NCBI GenBank assembly: GCA_012799795.1
Contig: JAAZKO010000016.1
Span: 1-34,812, forward strand
Length of the DNA stretch: 34,812 bases
Direction: 5' to 3'
Origin: Minisyncoccota bacterium
Lineage (GTDB): Bacteria; Patescibacteriota; Microgenomatia; UBA1400; PJMF01
The position numbers and the translations under genes are program-made. Below the pieces are notes generated by a model. That model had not been told where the DNA came from and searched no databases. It was given only the letters and a program-made list of their open reading frames with translations. Positions 18,478 to 28,407 of the stretch are shown here, piece after piece (position 1 is the stretch's first letter; each line of letters starts with the position of its first letter).

Positions 18478-20565
18478 TTATTCAATAACTATGCGTGCGT
18501 CAAGCACTTTTGCTCCTTGAGCAGTCAATAATAATGGATTAATATCTAATTCTTTAATTTCCGGAAAATCTGTCGCTAGTTGAGCTAAACGAGCAATCGC
18601 TTCTATTAAGCTTTCTTGATCAATAGCTTTTTGACCTCTAGCACCAGCAAAAATACTGCTAGATTTTAAGCCATTTACCATTTTCTTAATCTCCAAAAGA
18701 CTGAGTGGAGGAAAAGCAAAGGTTACATCTTTAAAAACTTCCACATAAATTCCTCCCAAACCAAACATTAACATGCTGCCTAAAGAATTTTTATTAATGC
18801 CCAAAATTGTTTCATGACCCTCAGGAGCCATTTCCATTAATAAAACACCCTCCAGCTTTGCTTGCGGCTTGTTTTTAGCAACTGTTTTCATCATTTCGCT
18901 AAATTTATTTTGAACATTGTCTGCTGTCACATTTAACATAACTCCGCCAACATCACTTTTGTGTAAAATGTCTGGTGAAACAATTTTCATTGCCACAGCG
19001 CAGTTGAATTCGTCGAGAATTTTTTTAGCTTCACTCGCTGATTTGGCCACAGCGCTTTTGAGTAAAGGAAAATTATATGCTTTTAAAATTTCCATAGCTT
19101 CTGCCTCAGGAAAACTGGTTTTTCCTTTTGCTTTGGCTTCTTGAAAAATTTTACTCACTTTCTCTCGATTAATGTCCTTGAAAACTAAAGGCTTACCTTC
19201 TTTGATTTTAGTCCATGCCACAAATTTAGCTAGCGCCCCCAAACCAAGCGCGGCTGATTCTGGAAAAGTTGTATTGGCAACTTTATTTTCTCTCAAAAGC
19301 TTTACTCCGCCTTCAACTAAATCGCGACCCATTAGTGATACAACAATGGCTTTATCAGTTTTTTTCCTTAAATTAATAACTGCCTTAGCAGTTTTAACTG
19401 GCTCGGTCATCGTTTGCGGGGTTAATAATAATAAAATAGCATCAGTGTTTTTATCATCAGAAATTACTTCTAGAGTCTTCTCATAAACTTCACCCACCGC
19501 ATCACCCAAAATATCAACTGGGTTGTGAGTGTTGGCCGCTGCTGGTAAAAATTCCTCTAACTTTTTAATCGTTTTGTTTTCTAATTTCGTCATTTCCAAA
19601 GCATTTTCTATTACCGCGTCCGTAGTTAAAACACCAGGACCACCAGCATTAGTAATTACTGTAACTGCTTTAATTTCTGTGAATGGATTAGCACTAAAAA
19701 CTGAGGCTAAATCAAACAATTCACTGACTGACTGAGCACGAATTATTCCTGCTTGATCAAAAAGCGCTTGATAAGCGTTGTCGCCACCACTTAAGGAACC
19801 AGTGTGCGAAGCAATTGCCCCCGCTCCCGCCTCAGTTTTTCCAGATTTAAGAATAATAATCGCTTTTGCCTCTTTACCCCGATTGAGTTTCTTTAAGGTT
19901 TTAATAATAGCTGGAGCGTTATCAAGAGCTTCCGCATATAAACAAATCACCTTTGTTTGGGGATCTTGATGCAAATATTTAATCAAGGCTAATTCGCCTA
20001 AAGCTGCCTTATTACCAATACTAATAAACTTTGAAAAACCCAAACCTAAATCTTTAGCATAATCTAAGACCGCTGTACACAAAGCTCCACTCTGAGACAC
20101 AAAAGCCACATTACCCACCTCAGGCATTATTGCAGCAAAAGAAGCATTCATTTTATGCTGAGCATTAATTACTCCCAAGCAATTTGGGCCAACTAAAATT
20201 ATCCCATGACGCTTGCAGGCTGCTGCTAATTCTTCTTCCAACTCTAAATTGCCAGCTTCTTTAAAACCAGCTGAAATAACAATCATGGCCTGTGCGCCTT
20301 TTTTAGCTGCTTCTTCAACCACCGAAGTAACAAATTTTGCAGGAATCGCTACCACCACCAAATCGATTTTTTGATCTAAATCTTTAATATCATGATAAAC
20401 TTTTAAACCGTAAAGCTGATCTATTTTAGGATTAATGGGATAAATTTTTCCAGCAAAACCCTGATTGACTAAATTCTTTACCACATCATTACCGACAGTT
20501 TTTTCACGACTGGAAGCGCCAATAACTGCAATCGCCTGAGGTTGAAAAAGAGCTTTAAAATTCAT
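18478..20565 (-). CDS. acetate--CoA ligase (ADP-forming), fused alpha-beta type
   Basis: IAVIGAS CoA-binding domain, GPNCLG, SQSGAL, phospho-His ASHTGSL, TNAGGPG, NPVDILGDA, and ATP-grasp HKSDVGGV...ELDINPL...DARI. No GNAT domain, so it is not a protein acetyltransferase. Confidence 0.9.
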   Translation of the reverse strand: MNFKALFQPQAIAVIGASSREKTVGNDVVKNLVNQGFAGKIYPINPKIDQLYGLKVYHDIKDLDQKIDLVVVAIPAKFVTSVVEEAAKKGAQAMIVISAGFKEAGNLELEEELAAACKRHGIILVGPNCLGVINAQHKMNASFAAIMPEVGNVAFVSQSGALCTAVLDYAKDLGLGFSKFISIGNKAALGELALIKYLHQDPQTKVICLYAEALDNAPAIIKTLKKLNRGKEAKAIIILKSGKTEAGAGAIASHTGSLSGGDNAYQALFDQAGIIRAQSVSELFDLASVFSANPFTEIKAVTVITNAGGPGVLTTDAVIENALEMTKLENKTIKKLEEFLPAAANTHNPVDILGDAVGEVYEKTLEVISDDKNTDAILLLLTPQTMTEPVKTAKAVINLRKKTDKAIVVSLMGRDLVEGGVKLLRENKVANTTFPESAALGLGALAKFVAWTKIKEGKPLVFKDINREKVSKIFQEAKAKGKTSFPEAEAMEILKAYNFPLLKSAVAKSASEAKKILDEFNCAVAMKIVSPDILHKSDVGGVMLNVTADNVQNKFSEMMKTVAKNKPQAKLEGVLLMEMAPEGHETILGINKNSLGSMLMFGLGGIYVEVFKDVTFAFPPLSLLEIKKMVNGLKSSSIFAGARGQKAIDQESLIEAIARLAQLATDFPEIKELDINPLLLTAQGAKVLDARIVIE

Positions 20566-20580
20566 AAATGCTTTCTGTTT

Positions 20581-21333
20581 TTAGTTCACTACCACTTTAT
20601 TTCCTAAATACTCAGTAAAAATATTTTTTGCTTTGGCTATTTCCTCTTTGCTGGGGGCTTTTGTGTCAGCTAAATAATATTCTCTTCCCAATTCCTTATA
20701 TTTGTGTTTGCCTAATTCGTGGTAGGGTAAGATCTCCACTTTACTAACAGTTTTAAAATGGGAAAAATATTTAGCCCAAGCAATTAAATGTTTTTCTTGA
20801 TCTGTCCAGCCTGGCACCAAAACGTAACGCAAGTGCATTTCCCGACCACTTTTCTCTCTGATTTTAGCATTTTCTAAAACTTTTGCATTACTTTGACCAA
20901 CTAGTTTGCGATGCCAATCAGCATCAATGTGTTTAACATCCAACAACAACAAATCGGTAAAACGATAAAGCTCCTCCACGGCCTTACTAACTATTGCTCC
21001 ACAACTATCTAAGCAGGTGTGAAAACCGCGTTCTTTAGCCTTTTTAAACAAAGACGTTAACACCTTAGCTTGTAAAGTGGGTTCCCCACCCGAAATTGTT
21101 AAACCACCCTGAGTACAATTTTTACCAAAATAAGGTTTTTCTCTTTCTAACAAATCGAGAATTTCAGCTATAGTCTTTGTTTTAGTTTGCTCAGTTTCTA
21201 AATCTTGGGTGTCGGGATTGTGACAATAAAGACAACGAAAAGGACAGCCTTGCGCAAAAATTACTAAGCGAATGCCTGGGCCATCATGTACCCCAAAAGT
21301 TTCAATTGAGTGAATTTTTAGAGTTTTAGCCAT
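20581..21333 (-). CDS. pflA: pyruvate formate-lyase activating enzyme (radical SAM)
   Basis: HSIETFGVHDGPGIR, GCPFRCLYCHNPDT, SGGEP and ILPYHELG. ATG at 21333 lies 1 nt after the pflB stop. Confidence 0.95.
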   Translation of the reverse strand: MAKTLKIHSIETFGVHDGPGIRLVIFAQGCPFRCLYCHNPDTQDLETEQTKTKTIAEILDLLEREKPYFGKNCTQGGLTISGGEPTLQAKVLTSLFKKAKERGFHTCLDSCGAIVSKAVEELYRFTDLLLLDVKHIDADWHRKLVGQSNAKVLENAKIREKSGREMHLRYVLVPGWTDQEKHLIAWAKYFSHFKTVSKVEILPYHELGKHKYKELGREYYLADTKAPSKEEIAKAKNIFTEYLGNKVVVN

Positions 21334-21334
21334 C

Positions 21335-23557
21335 TTACATTGTCTTATGGAAAGTGCGAGCAATTACCTCTTCTTGAAGAGCTCTCGTTAATTTAATAAA
21401 ATTAACAGCATAGCCAGAAACACGAATGGTTAATTGAGGATATTTCTCAGGATGCTCCATTGCGTCTTCTAAAGTTTCTCGATTTAAAACATTAACATTG
21501 AGGTGGTGAGCTTCTTTATTAAAATAACCATCTAGCATTCCAACTAAGTTGCTAATTTGCTGTTTTCGTTCACTACCAAGTGCTTTAGGCACTATGGAAA
21601 AAGTATTAGAAATACCATCTCTAGCATCAGCGTAATCGATTTTAGCCACACTATTTAACGAAGCAATTGCCCCGGAATGGTCTCGGCCATGCATGGGATT
21701 GGCGCCTGGAGCAAAAGGTTCACCGGCCTTACGACCATCTGGTGTAGCTCCAGTTTTTTTACCATAAACAACATTTGAGGTAATGGTTAACACTGACAAA
21801 GTAGCAGTTGCATCTCGATAAATATGATTTTTAGCCAACTCCTCATTGAAGCGCTTTACCAAATCAACTGCCATCTCATCAACTCGATCATCATCGTTAC
21901 CAAACATTGGATATTCTCCTTCAACCTTGTAGTTGGTGGCTAAACCATCCTTATCTCTAACAGAGGTCACCTTAGCAAATTTAATTGCTGAAATAGAATC
22001 AGCCACAACACTTAATCCAGCCACACCAAAAGCCATATTTCGATGACAGTGGGTGTCCATAAGCGCTAATTGAGCTTTTTCATAATAATATTTATCATGC
22101 ATGTAATGAATAACATTCATGGTGTTAACATAAGCTTTGGCAAGATAGGACACTGTTTTTTTAAAACGCTTTTTAAACTCTTCATATTTAATCGGACCCG
22201 CTGGCAAAGGCTCAATGCCCGGAACAACTAATTCTCCACTAATTTCATCACGACCCTCATTAATAGCCATCAACATTGCTTTAGCTAAATTACAACGAGC
22301 TCCAAAAAATTGCATTTCTTTGCCGGTCTCCATCATTGACACACAGCAAGCAATACAATAATCATCACACTGGCCCTTTTCTCGCATTAAATCATCATTT
22401 TCATACTGAATTGAAGATGTGTCTATTGATACTTGAGCGCAAGACTTTTTCCAACCCTCTGGCAATTTCTCTGACCATAGAACAGTTAAGTTTGGTTCTG
22501 GAGCGGGTCCTAAATTATATAAACTTTGTAAAAATCTGAAGCTGGTTTTAGTAATTTTATGCTGACCATTGCTAAAAAATCCGCCTAAACATTCGGTTGT
22601 CCAGGTAGGATCGCCAGCAAAAAGTTGATTATAAACATCCATGCGTAAATGACGAATCAAGCGACATTGAATAATAAAATGGTCAACTAATTCTTGCGCT
22701 TCTTGCTCTGTGATTCTGCCCTCTAATAAATCACGTTCAATATAAATGTCAAAAAATGAGCTGACATTGCCTAAACTCATAGCTGCTCCGTCTTGTTCCT
22801 TAAGAGCCGCTAAAAAGCCAAACCAAGTCCACTGAATTGCTTCTTGTGCGCTTTCCGCAGGTTTAGAAATATCATAAGCATAAGTTTTGGCCATTATTTT
22901 CATAGCCTTAAGAGCTTTGATTTGTTCACTCACTTCTTCTCGTAATCTGATTAATTCATCAGTCATCACTCCCACTAAAGCTTCTTTGTCAGCTTTTTTA
23001 GCTTCAATTAGGCGATCAATTCCATAAAGAGCTACACGTCGATAATCTCCAATAATTCTGCCACGAGCATAATTGTCTGGCAAACCAGTTAAAATTCCAG
23101 TAGAACGTAAGAGTCTCATCTCTTTAGTATAAGCATCAAAAACTCCGTCGTTATGACTCTTACGATATTCATCAAAAATTTCTACTACTTTTTTGGAAAC
23201 TTTATAGCCGTTTTCTTCCGCAGCTGCCTCAACCACTCTAATTCCACCAAATGGTTTGATTGCTCTTTTCAATGGTTGATCGGTTTGATAACCAACAATT
23301 TTTTCTAGATCTTTATCTAAATATCCTGGTTTATGACTAGTAATAGTAGAAATAGTTTCAGTATCAATGTCTAAAATTCCTCCATTGGCCGTTTCTTCGC
23401 TCAAAAGTTTACTTGCTTTTTCCCATAATTTTTTAGTGTTCTCTGTTGGGCCCAACAAAAAACTCGCATCACCCTCATAGGGAGTCATATTTTGTAAGAT
23501 AAAATCTCTAGTATTAATTTGCTTTTGCCAAACACCACCTTTAAAATTTTTTGCCAT
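21335..23557 (-). CDS. pflB: pyruvate formate-lyase (formate C-acetyltransferase)
   Basis: [18 protein letters not shown], active-site [19 protein letters not shown] and glycyl-radical [10 protein letters not shown]. Confidence 0.97.
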   Translation of the reverse strand: MAKNFKGGVWQKQINTRDFILQNMTPYEGDASFLLGPTENTKKLWEKASKLLSEETANGGILDIDTETISTITSHKPGYLDKDLEKIVGYQTDQPLKRAIKPFGGIRVVEAAAEENGYKVSKKVVEIFDEYRKSHNDGVFDAYTKEMRLLRSTGILTGLPDNYARGRIIGDYRRVALYGIDRLIEAKKADKEALVGVMTDELIRLREEVSEQIKALKAMKIMAKTYAYDISKPAESAQEAIQWTWFGFLAALKEQDGAAMSLGNVSSFFDIYIERDLLEGRITEQEAQELVDHFIIQCRLIRHLRMDVYNQLFAGDPTWTTECLGGFFSNGQHKITKTSFRFLQSLYNLGPAPEPNLTVLWSEKLPEGWKKSCAQVSIDTSSIQYENDDLMREKGQCDDYCIACCVSMMETGKEMQFFGARCNLAKAMLMAINEGRDEISGELVVPGIEPLPAGPIKYEEFKKRFKKTVSYLAKAYVNTMNVIHYMHDKYYYEKAQLALMDTHCHRNMAFGVAGLSVVADSISAIKFAKVTSVRDKDGLATNYKVEGEYPMFGNDDDRVDEMAVDLVKRFNEELAKNHIYRDATATLSVLTITSNVVYGKKTGATPDGRKAGEPFAPGANPMHGRDHSGAIASLNSVAKIDYADARDGISNTFSIVPKALGSERKQQISNLVGMLDGYFNKEAHHLNVNVLNRETLEDAMEHPEKYPQLTIRVSGYAVNFIKLTRALQEEVIARTFHKTM

Positions 23558-23636
23558 TTTATCCTTTTTTTAATGATTGTTAAATTTTAATTTATTCCAA
23601 ATAAAAAACAAGGTCCTTCAGACTTTGAACAAAGGT

Positions 23637-23665
23637 ATCATAATCAAAAACGCCGTTAAATACAA
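23637..23665 (-). promoter_or_regulatory. sigma70-type promoter for the pflB operon
   Basis: Minus-strand TTGTAT (23665-23660), 17-nt spacer, TATGAT (23642-23637). An SD-like AAGGA precedes the pflB ATG. Confidence 0.6.
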
Positions 23666-23720
23666 GCTTTTTTTCAGCAAAAACAGAGTGATATAATAAC
23701 AAAACATTAAAGGGCCTTAG

Positions 23721-24998
23721 TTAAGCAAACATAATCCATTCTGGTTTGAAAAACATCAATATCCCAATAATCAACATTATAATTCCTCCAATTAAACGTG
23801 AGTAACTAGCATATTTAGTATTTAGCGCTACTTGCTTCATAGTAATCATGGCAATAGCAAAAACCACCATGTCATCAAGCATAAACACCACAATATAAAT
23901 GAATAAGTAAAAATAATATTGCACAGTCGTTAAAGCACTCATGCTTAAGAGCTTGGTGTAAATAGCAGGTAAACCGGCCTAGCAAACTAACTCTAAAAGA
24001 TTAACACTAAAAGCCAAAAGAATGATGCCTAACAAAGACCACAGTAAATTTTTTCTATAAACTACTTCCTTCAAGCGAGCAAAAGTTTTTTGTTTATGGC
24101 CACCCAAGTCAACTTCGCAAGCTCCGTCCTTATTTTTAATAAAATCTTTTAAATAATGAGCGCCTACAAAAACGGCTAAAACAGCAATGGCTATCCTAAT
24201 CCAATTTACTAAACCTAAAAATAAAAAGAAATTTAACCAAGCATTCATAAATATAAAATAGACAAAGCCTGAAGTTAAAATAAAAACAGAGCCTAAAATC
24301 CACATTCGACGGCGATCATTCATCCCCATTAGTAGCGAAATTAAGAAAATCAAAACCCACATGGCACAAGGATTAAAACCATCTAAAAAAGCAATCATAA
24401 TAGTAATTAATGGTAAAGATACTTCTTTAAAATTAACTTTTCCAAATAGAGGTAAATCAATTTCTGTATTTTCTTTAATTTCTTTATTTTGCTCATTCTC
24501 CTCATCCAGCGCTTGTTCTGTTGAGGGCTGATTGGACTCAAGCTCTTCAAGCTTCAATTCTTTAATAATTGGAGTTAGTTTCTTGGCCCGAATAGTATCT
24601 GCCACTAAATCTGAGCCAACATTTTCCAAACTTAATAAACGATTAATTTCAGCAGGCGTGGTAGTAGAAAAACCAATAATTGCCTGATTATTAATTAAAA
24701 TAAAGGGCACTCCTTGTCCAGAAACATCCAAATCGTTAGCTAATAAAGTTAAGAGCTGAGAGTTGTGTTGGTGGGCAACTTCATATTGGTAAATACTTAG
24801 TGAGGGTCGTTCCTTTTTTAAATCTTTAAGAAAATTTTCTGCCTCACGACAATGGGGACATACTTTAGATGAAAAAATATGAATGCTTGTTTCTTGATCG
24901 CTAGCCGCTGCTTTAAAATCAAAAAAATTCACTAAAGAAAAGAGAAAAAAAATAAATAATGTTATCAAAACTAATGATTTTTTTAGGAGCTTTAACAT
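23721..24998 (-). pseudogene. glutaredoxin-like (CPHC) plus DsbD-beta/CcdA-like membrane domain protein, interrupted by one in-frame TAG at 23981-23979
   Basis: The ORFs 23979..24998 and 23721..23942 share a frame: ...LLELVC*AGLPAIYTKLLSMSALTTVQYY... This gives one 425-codon gene with CPHC, QGVP, DGFNPCA and a second membrane Cys. It could be a nonsense allele, a sequencing error or a readthrough site. Confidence 0.78.
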
Positions 24999-25004
24999 AA
25001 ACTA

Positions 25005-25043
25005 AGTAAAATTGATTTTACTGCTAAAAATTTTTGTCTGCAA
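25005..25043 (-). promoter_or_regulatory. sigma70-type promoter with an overlapping palindrome upstream of the Grx-DsbD-like gene
   Basis: TTGCAG (25043-25038), 17 nt, TAAAAT (25020-25015). The inverted repeat AGTAAAAT-TG-ATTTTACT spans 25005-25022. Confidence 0.5.
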
Positions 25044-25045
25044 GT

Positions 25046-25852
25046 TTAAAGTATTTTTAGTTCTAAAAAGCGTTGACGAGCAAATTGATCTTTAATAAAA
25101 TTAATTTCAAACAATTTTAGTAAAGAGGGATAATAATTTTTAAGAAATTGATAATCGTGACTATAATCTGTCTCAAATAATAATATTGCTTCCTTAGCCA
25201 AAAGGTTCTTATCTAATAATTGTGCTAAAGCTTTGGCTATTAATTCAAAACCAGTTTTGCCCCCATCCAAAGCAATAATGGGTTCAAAATCTTTGACACT
25301 TGAGCTTAACTTTTTAACTCGCGAGCTAGGAATATAAGGTAAATTAGCAAGTATTAAATTAAATTGGAAATTATTTTCTATTTTTTCTAATAAATTACTT
25401 TTTAAAAAATTCACTTTTACTCTGTCATTATTCAGTGATTTAAGTAGTAATTTTTGGTAATTGTTTTTTGCCAAAGATATGGCTTCAGCAGACAGATCAA
25501 TCAAATAAAAATCTAATTTTTTGTCAAGATAATTAAGTAAATGCAGCTGATTTATTAAAGCTAAAGCCACGGTTCCACTACCGGTACCTAAATCTAAAAC
25601 CTTAATATTTTTTTGCTGATTATTTTTTAAAGATTCTAAAGCATGATTAACTAATTCTTCAGTTTCTACTCTTGGAATCAAAACATTTTTATTAATTCTT
25701 AAAGTTAAACCTGCAAAATCAACCCAAGACGTAAAATATTCAACTGGCATTTCACCTTTTTTTAAAAACTCTTCTTCACTTAAATTATATTTAAGCAGCT
25801 GTTGTTTTTCATAAACAGATAAGTGTCTTTTTGACTTAAGATTATTGGACAT
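25046..25852 (-). CDS. prmC: release factor glutamine methyltransferase (short N-terminus)
   Basis: PVEY, VLIPRVETEELV, LDLGTGSG, ANLPYIP, EPIIALDGG and KDQFARQRF. Confidence 0.88.
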   Translation of the reverse strand: MSNNLKSKRHLSVYEKQQLLKYNLSEEEFLKKGEMPVEYFTSWVDFAGLTLRINKNVLIPRVETEELVNHALESLKNNQQKNIKVLDLGTGSGTVALALINQLHLLNYLDKKLDFYLIDLSAEAISLAKNNYQKLLLKSLNNDRVKVNFLKSNLLEKIENNFQFNLILANLPYIPSSRVKKLSSSVKDFEPIIALDGGKTGFELIAKALAQLLDKNLLAKEAILLFETDYSHDYQFLKNYYPSLLKLFEINFIKDQFARQRFLELKIL

Positions 25853-25920
25853 AAAAATTACTCAATAGCTTTCTAAAAAATTATGTTAGAATAAACGCTA
25901 TTATAGAGATGAAAGACTAA

Positions 25921-26721
25921 ATGACAAAATCAGAAAATCAAAATCGATTCTCCCTTGCTAATTTTATTAATTTCATCAACGATCATTTTTCCTTAATAAT
26001 TATTGTCCTAATTGTCTTAATAATTGGTTTTATGGGCGGCTCACTCTGGACAGAAAATCACTTACTTAAGTCTGATGGTTTCGTTGGAAGCAACAAGCAA
26101 GTTGTAAAGGAAGGAGAGACAGCTCAAGAAATTGACGATTCCATTGTTTTAGATAATATTCCAAAACTTAATGATTCAGATCATGTTCTTGGAGCAAAAA
26201 AAGCTGATGTGATTATGATTTCTTATCTTGATTTTCAATGTTCATATTGCCAGCGTTGGCACCCAACTTTTAATACTTTATTAGCCAAATATGCTGATCA
26301 AATTACCTTTGTTTATCGTCATTTTACTTTAGGTTTTCCTTACTCAGACAAACTAGCCCAAGCCAGCGAATGTGTGGCTGAATATGGTGGTGAAGAAGCC
26401 TTCTGGAAATTTACTGACACGGTTTATGAAAAATTGACAGATGAGTCAATTTACACATTAGAAAATTCTAATCCAATAATCACTGATGACAGCATTTTGA
26501 CTATCGCGGCTAATGCTGGTGCTCCTCTAAAGCAAATGCAAGATTGTCTTGAAAGTCAAGAAAGCGCTAATAAAATTGAGGAAATGAAACAAGGAGCTAT
26601 CAGCGCCGGAATTGGTGGCACACCCGCCACCATCATTATTAGTAAAAAAGCTGGAAGTGAATTAATTCCCGGTGCCTTGCCAATTGAAGAAGTTGAAGCC
26701 ATGTTGGAAAAACATCTATAA
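25921..26721 (+). CDS. membrane-anchored DsbA-family thiol-disulfide oxidoreductase
   Basis: N-terminal TM helix, DHVLG, DFQCSYC, VYRHF, cis-Pro loop GGTP and IPGALP. An extended -10 (TGTTAGAAT, 25884-25892) lies upstream. Confidence 0.88.
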   Translation: MTKSENQNRFSLANFINFINDHFSLIIIVLIVLIIGFMGGSLWTENHLLKSDGFVGSNKQVVKEGETAQEIDDSIVLDNIPKLNDSDHVLGAKKADVIMISYLDFQCSYCQRWHPTFNTLLAKYADQITFVYRHFTLGFPYSDKLAQASECVAEYGGEEAFWKFTDTVYEKLTDESIYTLENSNPIITDDSILTIAANAGAPLKQMQDCLESQESANKIEEMKQGAISAGIGGTPATIIISKKAGSELIPGALPIEEVEAMLEKHL

Positions 26722-28407
26722 AGTTGTTTTTTTAATTGCCTGTAAAGTCGCCTGAAGCTTGCTGGTATTTCGCCAACGATTAACAGCTAATTTGAGCAGA
26801 ATATCAAAATTTTTACCCAACTCAAATTGTTCATGATTTTCAAAAAAGTTCCAAGCTAAAACTACTATTTCTTTTTCTTCCTTTTGACTTTTAAAAAACA
26901 TTTTAGCGTGCTGACCATCTTTACCCAAATTCTGTAAATTTTGCAAAATTAAATTGTTTAATAAAAAAATTGGTCTAGGATTAGCATTGCCATGAGGTTC
27001 AAAATCTTCTAAAGCCAGGGCCGTGTCTATATTTAGCAAGCTACTTGAAATTGGACAATCAACCTTGATTTCTGCTTCCAAGGAAACTTGATCTAGCTGT
27101 TTATTTGCTAAAATTAATAAACGTTTTTTAACTGAACTTAAGTTTTTTGCCTTTAAAGAAAAACCCGCTGCTAATGGGTGTCCGCCAACACTTAATAGTT
27201 GCTCTTCAACTTGGCGCAAAAAATCAGTAATATTAAATCCAGCTAAAGACCTAGCCGAAGCTTTAATAGCCAGCTCTTTATCTTTTAAATCTTTTGCTAC
27301 TGATAAAACTATACAGGGTTTTAAATATTTTTCCGCTAGTCTGCCGGCTAAAAGTCCGATTACACCTTCATGATAATCACCTTCGATAATAATAATTTTG
27401 GCTTCCCTTTCTTCTTTTGTTAAAGTAGCTTCAGCCTGATCAATTAAATCTTTAGTTAAATCTTGACGTTCAAGATTGGTGTCTTGTAAAAGCTTGGCTA
27501 ATTCTTTGGCTTGTTTAGTATTCTTGGTGCAAAGTAGGCGCAAAGCATCCATGCTATCAGCCAAACGCCCCATGGCATTAATTCTCGGCCCAATTACATA
27601 ACCCAAATGATAAGAGCTCAGATCTTCTTTTTTTATGCCAGCCAAGTGATAAAGAGCTAATAAACCCGGACGTTCGCTTTTGTGTAAAGCTAATAAACCA
27701 TGACTGACCAAGCTACGATTAATGCCAAGCAATTCCATTAAATCAGTAACAGTGGCAATCGCCACCAAAGACAATAAATCATCTAGCTTTTTTCGAGCTT
27801 GCTCTTGCTTGTCAACAGATTTGAATAATTCCTTAACTAAAAACCACGCCACCGCAGTTCCACAAACTTGAGTTGAATGAAAAATTGCTAAAACAGGTAG
27901 TTTCTCTTGGCCTTGTTGGTGATGGTCAGTAACTATTACCTCAACGCCTTCTTTAACCAAATATTTTAAAGCTGGTAAAGCGACAATACCGTTATCAACG
28001 GTAATTAATAAGTCTGGCTTCCCTTTGTCCGAAAATAAATCTTTTAAAGCTTTAATTGATAAGCCATAACCGTGTTTTTGACGATTGGGAATAAACGGCA
28101 AACTATTAATCCCTAAAAACTTCAAGCCCTCCCACAACACTGCGCTAGCGCAGATTCCATCACTATCATAATCGCCAAAAATATAAACTTTTTCTTCGTT
28201 TTCTTGAGCAATTCTTAGCCGTTTTTGAATTTGATTAAAATGGGAAAGGTTAAAGCCTAAATCAGCCAATTGCCAATGCTCTGGTCGTTTAGGATGGAAG
28301 AAATTTTTAACCTCTTTAGCTTTAATTTGACGATTTTTTAACAAAACTTTTAATAACTGATCTTTATCGTTTACCACAGTTTTAGATTGCAACTGCCATT
28401 TCTTCAT
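26716..28407 (-). CDS. recJ: single-stranded-DNA-specific exonuclease
   Basis: IFGDYDSDG, GYGLS, ITVDNGI, VTDHH, ATVTD, PRINAMGR, SARS, GGHPLAAG and EPHGNANPRP. Confidence 0.96.
   Translation of the reverse strand: MKKWQLQSKTVVNDKDQLLKVLLKNRQIKAKEVKNFFHPKRPEHWQLADLGFNLSHFNQIQKRLRIAQENEEKVYIFGDYDSDGICASAVLWEGLKFLGINSLPFIPNRQKHGYGLSIKALKDLFSDKGKPDLLITVDNGIVALPALKYLVKEGVEVIVTDHHQQGQEKLPVLAIFHSTQVCGTAVAWFLVKELFKSVDKQEQARKKLDDLLSLVAIATVTDLMELLGINRSLVSHGLLALHKSERPGLLALYHLAGIKKEDLSSYHLGYVIGPRINAMGRLADSMDALRLLCTKNTKQAKELAKLLQDTNLERQDLTKDLIDQAEATLTKEEREAKIIIIEGDYHEGVIGLLAGRLAEKYLKPCIVLSVAKDLKDKELAIKASARSLAGFNITDFLRQVEEQLLSVGGHPLAAGFSLKAKNLSSVKKRLLILANKQLDQVSLEAEIKVDCPISSSLLNIDTALALEDFEPHGNANPRPIFLLNNLILQNLQNLGKDGQHAKMFFKSQKEEKEIVVLAWNFFENHEQFELGKNFDILLKLAVNRWRNTSKLQATLQAIKKTTL

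Noticed and set aside
18478..20565. Protein lysine acetyltransferase (Pat/YfiQ)
   Set aside because: There is no GNAT domain and the catalytic His (SHTG) is retained, consistent with ADP-forming acyl-CoA synthetase.
23558..23720. ZTP (pfl) riboswitch or Rex operator upstream of pflB
   Set aside because: The leader is short and AT-rich without the conserved ZTP elements. Only Rex half-site-like TTGTTA sequences and a short CTTTG-AA-CAAAG palindrome occur, which is insufficient.
23721..23942. Independent 73-aa membrane protein
   Set aside because: It is in frame with, and the natural C-terminus of, the upstream Grx-DsbD-like gene.
23940..23990. SECIS/PYLIS-like hairpin after the in-frame TAG
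   Set aside because: Only a weak AGG/CCT pairing is visible by eye, and the position appears to correspond to Ser/Thr rather than Cys in the family.
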